From an uncultured Bacilli bacterium (GTDB lineage: Bacteria; Bacillota_I; Bacilli_A; RFN20; CAG-449): a DNA stretch of 64,000 bases. Positions within the stretch are counted from its first letter, which is position 1, and each line of letters starts with the position of its first letter. The notes beneath the pieces were generated by a model. It was not told where the DNA came from. It made no database searches and was given only the letters and a program-made list of their open reading frames with translations. The position numbers and the translations under genes are program-made. The stretch spans positions 138,775 through 202,774 of the forward strand of contig CALVJL010000001.1 in the NCBI GenBank assembly GCA_944332075.1, in the 5' to 3' direction. Positions 58,528 to 64,000 of this stretch are shown here, one piece after another.

Positions 58528-60324
58528 TTATCTTCCTCCTTTCGTTTGGGCTTGATAAATCTTATTATAAATATCGTTTTCTTTTAAGAGCTGCTGATGC
58601 GTTCCAATATTTTCAATATCACCATTATTCATAAAAATGATGATATCACTATCTTCAATAGAAGTAATTCTTTGAGAAATAATAAATTTTGTTGTTTCGG
58701 GAATTTCTTCGCGAAAAGCTTTTCTAATCAAAGCATCAGTTTTCGTATCGACTGCCGAAGTAGAGTCATCAAGGATAAGAATTTTTGGTTTTTTTAATAA
58801 AGCTCTCGCAATGCAAAGGCGCTGTTTTTGTCCTCCGGAAACATTGTTGCCGCCTTGTTCAATATGCGTATCGTATGCATCAGGAAATTTACTGACAAAT
58901 TCATCAGCCTGAGCTAATTTGCAAACTCTAATTAATTCTTCATCAGTCGCATCTTTATTGCCCCAGCGCAAATTATCTTTAATTGAACCGGTAAATAAAA
59001 CATTCTTTTGTAAAACCATCGATACTTGATCGCGTAAGGTTTTTAAATCGTATTCTTTAACGTTGATTCCTCCGACAAGAACTTCTCCTCTAGTTGGATC
59101 ATATAGACGCGGAATTAATGACATGACCGTCGATTTACCAGAACCAGTACCTCCAAAAACACCAACCGTCATACCCGATTCTATTTTGAAAGAAATGTTT
59201 TTCAAAGCAAGTTTCTCATCATCATTTACATATGAGAAATCGACATTTCTAAATTCAACCGAGCCATCTTTCACCTCATAGATGGGATTAGCTGGATTTT
59301 GAATCGTTGGGACTTCGTTTAATGCTTCAACAATTCTATCAGTCGAAGCCTTTGCCATTACAAGCATCATAAAGACCATAGAAACCATCATTAATGCTGA
59401 AAGAATTTGAATTGCATAAGTAATAAATAAATATAAAGTTGAACCTTCCCCGTAATGGTCGCGGACAATCATCATTGTTCCTAAATAGGAAACAACCATA
59501 ACACATGCATAAATAATAAACTGAATAACTGGAGAATTTAAGGCGATAATCTTTTCAGCAGCTTTAGAATTCATCGCGACTTCATCGCTAGCTTTAGCAA
59601 ATTTTTTATCTTCTTTTGGTTCCGTGGTATAGGCCTTAACTGTTCTAATTCCGGTGATATTTTCTTGGACGACAAGATTTAATGCATCATATTTTTTAAA
59701 CATTTTCTTGAAATAAGGATTCGCTCTAGTAATGATAATAGCAAGTAAAATAACTAAAATAGGTGAGGCAACAACGAAAATCCAAGCTAATTCGCTATTT
59801 GCTAAGAAAGCCATAACTAAGGAAAAGATAAAAATTAAAGGGGCTCTAAATGAAATTCTTGTAGTCATTTGAAATGATTGCTGACAGTTTGTAATATCAG
59901 TTGTCAAACGGGTTATAAGTGAGGAAGTTGAATACTTATCAATATTTTCAAATGAATATTCTTGGATATGATAATACAAATCTTTACGAACATTTTTAGC
60001 AAATCCGGAGGAAGCATTGGTTGCTAAAATACCAGAAATAACTCCAGAAAATAATGAAATAATGGCTAGCAAAAGCATTATGACACCATAGACATAGACG
60101 TAAACATTATGAACATTCGGAAATACTCCTTCAAAGTATGTAACAATTTTATTCATAACTGAGGAAACAATAGAAGATGCCTCATTTCCACCAGCTCTAT
60201 CGATAACATCTGCCATAAATAATGGTAACATCGCCTCAATTAATGCTTCTATTGCCACAAAAAAAGGAGTCAGCAATGCCTGAGCACGATAACCCTTTGA
60301 ATGTTTTATATAGAGTTTAAACAT
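58528..60324 (-). CDS. ABC exporter, fused permease-ATPase subunit (partner of the previous)
   Basis: 598 aa. Six TM helices, then Walker A GGTGSGKST, signature VSGGQKQRLCIARA and Walker B LILDDSTSAVD. Confidence 0.9.
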   Translation of the reverse strand: MFKLYIKHSKGYRAQALLTPFFVAIEALIEAMLPLFMADVIDRAGGNEASSIVSSVMNKIVTYFEGVFPNVHNVYVYVYGVIMLLLAIISLFSGVISGILATNASSGFAKNVRKDLYYHIQEYSFENIDKYSTSSLITRLTTDITNCQQSFQMTTRISFRAPLIFIFSLVMAFLANSELAWIFVVASPILVILLAIIITRANPYFKKMFKKYDALNLVVQENITGIRTVKAYTTEPKEDKKFAKASDEVAMNSKAAEKIIALNSPVIQFIIYACVMVVSYLGTMMIVRDHYGEGSTLYLFITYAIQILSALMMVSMVFMMLVMAKASTDRIVEALNEVPTIQNPANPIYEVKDGSVEFRNVDFSYVNDDEKLALKNISFKIESGMTVGVFGGTGSGKSTVMSLIPRLYDPTRGEVLVGGINVKEYDLKTLRDQVSMVLQKNVLFTGSIKDNLRWGNKDATDEELIRVCKLAQADEFVSKFPDAYDTHIEQGGNNVSGGQKQRLCIARALLKKPKILILDDSTSAVDTKTDALIRKAFREEIPETTKFIISQRITSIEDSDIIIFMNNGDIENIGTHQQLLKENDIYNKIYQAQTKGGR

Positions 60325-60431
60325 ACGAAAACCCCTTCCTCTCTAAAATAAATATTTTCAGTAATATATTTATACTAAATAAAAAGCCAGTCTCATTCAA
60401 GACTGGACTTATAATTAAATTTAATAAATGA

Positions 60432-61094
60432 TTATTTTTTATTAGTTTTTTTAGTTGAAGATTTTTCTTCCTTATTTTCGCTAACATGTGCCTTTTTTTG
60501 AGGCTTAGCATAGATGCCATAGCCAATAGCTAATAAGCCAACAACAATTAATAGACAGACAAAAATCCAAAGTAATGTTAAATCAGTAATAAATGGTGCG
60601 ACCATCATCCACATACCAACGCTGACAAAGGCCAAGGCGACTACTAACCACCAAATTGGATAATATGATTTACTATCTCTTTGATGGAAATAAGCACGGA
60701 AAATCTCAACGCATCCTCTAATCCAAATAGCTAAACCTGCTGTTGCGCATGCTCCGTTTACCGGAACAATTCTTAATTGTGGGATCCATTGACCGAGGAT
60801 TAAATATAAATCGACTAATAAAAGTAAAACAAATTCAATAATTGTTAATACTTTCAACGTTGATCCAGATGTTCTTAACATCTTTTTAAGAAGCCATCCA
60901 AACAGATAAAGTGAGAGGAACAACGCGATAATTAAATTGATAGCTTGAGTTCCCCAAGATTTCCAGACAGCCCAATCAATACCATTCCAAACAGGCATTA
61001 AAAATATCGATAAGATTATAAATAAAGCACCGACAACAATGAAAGCCCAGAAAAATTTATTGTTTTTCTTTAAAGTAGGTAATTTAATTGCCAT
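60432..61094 (-). CDS. Hypothetical membrane protein with lysine-rich C-terminal tail
   Basis: 220 aa with about six TM helices. The C-terminus is KPQKKAHVSENKEEKSSTKKTNKK. Confidence 0.5.
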   Translation of the reverse strand: MAIKLPTLKKNNKFFWAFIVVGALFIILSIFLMPVWNGIDWAVWKSWGTQAINLIIALFLSLYLFGWLLKKMLRTSGSTLKVLTIIEFVLLLLVDLYLILGQWIPQLRIVPVNGACATAGLAIWIRGCVEIFRAYFHQRDSKSYYPIWWLVVALAFVSVGMWMMVAPFITDLTLLWIFVCLLIVVGLLAIGYGIYAKPQKKAHVSENKEEKSSTKKTNKK

Positions 61095-61229
61095 AATAAA
61101 ACTCCTTTACTACTTAAACATTATAGTTTATAAGAAGTAAATTGTTAAAACTTTTAAGTGATTATTCAAAAGTAAATAAATTAAAAAAGTCTGACGATTA
61201 TTGCCAGACTTAAATATAATCAATAGTAA

Positions 61230-61904
61230 TTATTTTGTAATGAATGTTAATTTACTAATCATTACTCTCTTAGTAGCTGTAAAAGCAATACTATTTGTAC
61301 CTTCAGTTAAATTAAATGTATATGTTTTGCAACCTGCTATATAATCTTCAGCAGTTGTTTCAGGAATACTTTCAATATTTTGGGCTTCAGCATCTCCAAC
61401 AGTTAAAGTTGGATTATCTTTTCTCCAACCAGCACCATAAACTTGAACAGCAGTAATATTAGTTCCTTCAGGGAAATTAAAGGTTAATGTACCATTTTGA
61501 CTTGAAGAAGAGAACTTTAAAATTCCATCACCTTTAAGATTACGTTCGATACCAAAATATACTGTATTGTAGTCACTCAAACTTGTTAAATCTGTATCAG
61601 TATCAGATTGAGCATTTAATTGAGTTAAATAATCATTTACATTTGATTCAGATACTTTTGTAGATTCACCTGTAAATTCAGCAAAATCATATTCAGCAAC
61701 AGTAGTTGGTCCACTTACAACAGGTGTAGTTGTTGAAGGGGTAGATGGGGTGACGCTAGTAGATGGAGTGCTAGGTGCAGATGGTGACGAAACAGACGGT
61801 TCACCAGATGATGTTGAAGGTGTTACGCTAGACGAAGTACCTCCACAAGCGACCATAACACCAGCTAAAGCGACAAGGCCTAAAGTAAATAAAACTTTTT
61901 TCAT
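61230..61904 (-). CDS. Hypothetical lipoprotein with S/T/P-rich linker
   Basis: Lipobox VMVAC-GG. A ~45-aa Ser/Thr/Pro low-complexity tract is followed by a ~150-aa globular domain. Confidence 0.55.
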   Translation of the reverse strand: MKKVLFTLGLVALAGVMVACGGTSSSVTPSTSSGEPSVSSPSAPSTPSTSVTPSTPSTTTPVVSGPTTVAEYDFAEFTGESTKVSESNVNDYLTQLNAQSDTDTDLTSLSDYNTVYFGIERNLKGDGILKFSSSSQNGTLTFNFPEGTNITAVQVYGAGWRKDNPTLTVGDAEAQNIESIPETTAEDYIAGCKTYTFNLTEGTNSIAFTATKRVMISKLTFITK

Positions 61905-62060
61905 GTAAAATCTCCTTTATTTATTTACACCACTATTTTAAAGACAATGAAAAAAAGTTTCAATCTATTATGAAAAAATCCCCGGCAAATATTCACTTTT
62001 TCTTGAAAATTTGCGAGGATTTCTTATTTGCTTATTAGCAAATTACATTTATTAATTTTA

Positions 62061-62498
62061 TTATATCGTTACAGATTGCTGATCTGATAAAACAATCAAT
62101 TCACTTAAATCATCATCAGTAAACAATTTTAATGTCGCCATAAAATGTTCGCTTAAATCATCTCTTTGCTCAATTTCGTCAAGTGTATACCAATTGACTT
62201 CGCCTTCTTCTGATGATTTGAGTTCACCTTCAAATTTGTTAGTCTTAACTAAAATGGATAAATACTTATTATCCCCACTATAATATTCTTTTATTCCAGC
62301 TAATCTTAAATTACTAATATTTAAATTAGTTTCTTCTTTGACTTCTCTAATAGCTGTCATAAAAATAGAATCATCGTCTTCGACATGTCCGCTTAAGAAA
62401 GATAATCCGCTCGTCTTTTTATTTATACGGTTTTGAAGCAAGATTTTATCACCATCATAAATCATAACCAAAACTGTAACACAAACTCTTTTCCGCAT
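62061..62498 (-). CDS. NUDIX hydrolase
   Basis: Nudix box GHVEDDDSIFMTAIREVKEETNL (GX5EX7REUXEEXGU). 145 aa. Confidence 0.85.
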   Translation of the reverse strand: MRKRVCVTVLVMIYDGDKILLQNRINKKTSGLSFLSGHVEDDDSIFMTAIREVKEETNLNISNLRLAGIKEYYSGDNKYLSILVKTNKFEGELKSSEEGEVNWYTLDEIEQRDDLSEHFMATLKLFTDDDLSELIVLSDQQSVTI

Positions 62499-62605
62499 AC
62501 TTATCCCCTCCTAACAAACATTAATAACCACATTTAGTGATATAAAAACTTTGAAATATTTTACTAAAATAACTTTTGTTTTTCAAGGTAAGGAGAGAAA
62601 AGGGA

Positions 62606-64000
62606 TTAACATTCGATTTGTAATAAAAGAGTTTTGCCTTTTTTACTTAAAATAATAAAGAGAGCAATAATTCCAGCAATAAGTAAGACTAAAGTTATTG
62701 AGAATGCTGCTATTACATTGATAAATAATCCGAGAACAAAATAAATTGCTGTTAAAATAATAGCTGCAATTATCGATGAAAAAGAAAAAATCATTGCAGA
62801 TGGAGAATTTTTTATTTCGTTATAAGTTGACCAATTTAATTTTGGAAATTTCAAATTAATTAATAATCCAAAGATACCAGCTAATAGAATATAGAGCTGT
62901 GGAATAACAATGATGCTAATCGCGGATAAAACGTCAAACTTAAATAACACTATTGAAATTACTCCACTAGCTATACCAAATATGAATCCGGGTAATTGAT
63001 TAATTATCAGTTTTATTCCAAAATAATCAAAAGATTTAATTGGTAATGATTTGACAATCCATAAGCGATTATTCTCTAAAGTAATTGAGAAGCAGGTATA
63101 GTTTGATAATGCGCACATCATCCCAATTAGTCCAGGAAGAATTAATGTCATAATTTGATTAAACAATATTAATTCTTCAGAATTTATTTCCATTGATTTA
63201 CTAGAAAAATAAATAGATATTGGTATGATTATCGCTATAATATTTCCGACGAGAAAAGCGATAATCAACATCGGGTTATCAACAATAGCAAATAAATCTT
63301 TTTTTATTAATGAAAGATAAGATTTTTGAGCCTTAATATCTGATGACTTAAATAATCTTTTCTTCTCTTGAACAAATAATGCCTGATATAGTTTGTCATA
63401 AAATAAAACATATAAAGCGATTAATAGTCCGCTGGAAACTAAAGCTAATGCAACTAATATTAATAAATAAATAAATTGATGATTTATCATAGCCGCATAA
63501 GCCCATTGCAAAAACGGGAAAATATAGTAAAGATATGAGAAAGTCGATACCATCTGCGTTCCATTTGTATCGTAGGAAATAATGAATACAATTGCTATAT
63601 ATGCGGTAAAAATAGCTATGTAGAGAATTGTAGTAATAATTTTCATCGCCGTAAAGCGATTAAGCAATAAAGTTATAATAAATCCAAGAACAATAGATAG
63701 TAAAACCATTATTAACGGAACGGTTAACATACAAACGATACCTGAGAAAATATAAGTTGGATCTATCATTCCATAAAAAACGATAGATGGAACCATGACT
63801 AATAAAGAAAAAATCATTTCTTCAAGATAAAACGTTGTCAGTTTTACTAAAACTATCGTACTTTTCTTTAAAGGCAAAGGTGTAAGAAAAGCATGGTCTT
63901 TAAGGGAAAACAAGACGCTATTAGCCCGGAAAAGCGCGCTAATAAATGTTAAAGAACAGGCTATGCCAAGAACAGCAACTGGGTATTCTTCGGCAATGTT
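62606..64000 (-). CDS. Polytopic membrane protein (ABC-2-type permease-like), probably partial at the window edge
   Basis: At least ten TM helices. The reading frame stays open upstream of the first ATG (63913) to the window end (…NIAEEYPVAVLGIACSLTFISALF…), so the true start probably lies beyond 64000. Confidence 0.5.
   Translation of the reverse strand, partial: NIAEEYPVAVLGIACSLTFISALFRANSVLFSLKDHAFLTPLPLKKSTIVLVKLTTFYLEEMIFSLLVMVPSIVFYGMIDPTYIFSGIVCMLTVPLIMVLLSIVLGFIITLLLNRFTAMKIITTILYIAIFTAYIAIVFIISYDTNGTQMVSTFSYLYYIFPFLQWAYAAMINHQFIYLLILVALALVSSGLLIALYVLFYDKLYQALFVQEKKRLFKSSDIKAQKSYLSLIKKDLFAIVDNPMLIIAFLVGNIIAIIIPISIYFSSKSMEINSEELILFNQIMTLILPGLIGMMCALSNYTCFSITLENNRLWIVKSLPIKSFDYFGIKLIINQLPGFIFGIASGVISIVLFKFDVLSAISIIVIPQLYILLAGIFGLLINLKFPKLNWSTYNEIKNSPSAMIFSFSSIIAAIILTAIYFVLGLFINVIAAFSITLVLLIAGIIALFIILSKKGKTLLLQIEC

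Noticed and set aside
640-59281. Numerous 60-125-aa ORFs antisense to or out of frame within long genes (e.g. 640-987, 1782-1985, 2438-2644, 5797-5988, 8850-9053, 9122-9328, 10671-11048, 10764-10955, 13957-14151, 15465-15650, 19000-19200, 25367-25633, 28003-28368, 29224-29409, 32074-32328, 33084-33269, 33586-33834, 40005-40250, 46787-46975, 47461-47715, 49755-50051, 50041-50262, 52824-53096, 53622-53870, 58597-58797, 59063-59281, 60317-60526)
   Set aside because: All are embedded in well-supported genes on the opposite strand or in another frame. They lack RBSs and have biased low-complexity composition. The 52824-53096 ORF merely mirrors the repetitive acidic linker.
1-64000. CRISPR arrays, rRNA genes and prophage structural genes
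   Set aside because: I found no regularly spaced direct-repeat array, no rRNA-like sequence and no capsid, terminase or integrase genes. The only mobile signatures are the small repeats and the IS remnant at 0.2-5.2 kb.

Overview
This is a 64 kb AT-rich chromosomal segment from a low-GC Gram-positive or Mollicutes-related bacterium. It uses the standard/bacterial genetic code: TGA is a stop (e.g. the NTase gene at 3428) and tRNA-Trp carries a CCA anticodon. The gene content fits an Acholeplasma or Erysipelotrichia-like organism: PotD has a C-terminal membrane anchor, there are many Asn/Tyr-rich exported hypotheticals and DnaE is short (1009 aa).

Most of the window is core housekeeping. Identifiable genes include:
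- a MerR-regulated ABC-2 efflux operon, a GatB/YqeY protein and an ABC-F ATPase;
- an XRE-cupin regulator followed by potABCD;
- sdaA, a four-tRNA cluster (Cys-Arg-Pro-Ala) and a two-component system;
- coaX with a putative ECF S-component, and tkt;
- infC (AUU start)-rpmI-rplT;
- a MacB/FtsX ABC pair, thiI-iscS-ezrA, rpsD and rpsU;
- dnaE, polA and a fused fpg-coaE;
- a Crp-family regulator with an orphan sulfonate-type substrate-binding protein and permease;
- tRNA-Thr, rarA, two U32 peptidase-family genes, a heterodimeric ABC exporter and a NUDIX hydrolase.

The most unusual locus is a ~2 kb islet (about 3.08-5.13 kb) immediately next to tRNA-Trp. It is bounded by two inverted copies of a 42-bp GC-rich hairpin and interspersed copies of a 'CTACTAGCAAAAYG' repeat. 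It carries a minimal (151 aa) GS...DxD nucleotidyltransferase, a 156-aa two-transmembrane protein and an N-terminal IS3-like transposase remnant. This pair resembles uncharacterised minimal-NTase/2TM-effector (SMODS/SLATT-type or MNT-type) conflict systems.

Other unexplained items are:
- a sigma region-4/ArpU-like small regulator heading a five-gene operon of exported and membrane proteins of unknown function;
- an 1100-aa polytopic membrane protein with an acidic E/T/V-rich linker and two tandem ~110-aa cytoplasmic repeat domains that match no family I recognise;
- an in-frame Fpg-CoaE fusion.
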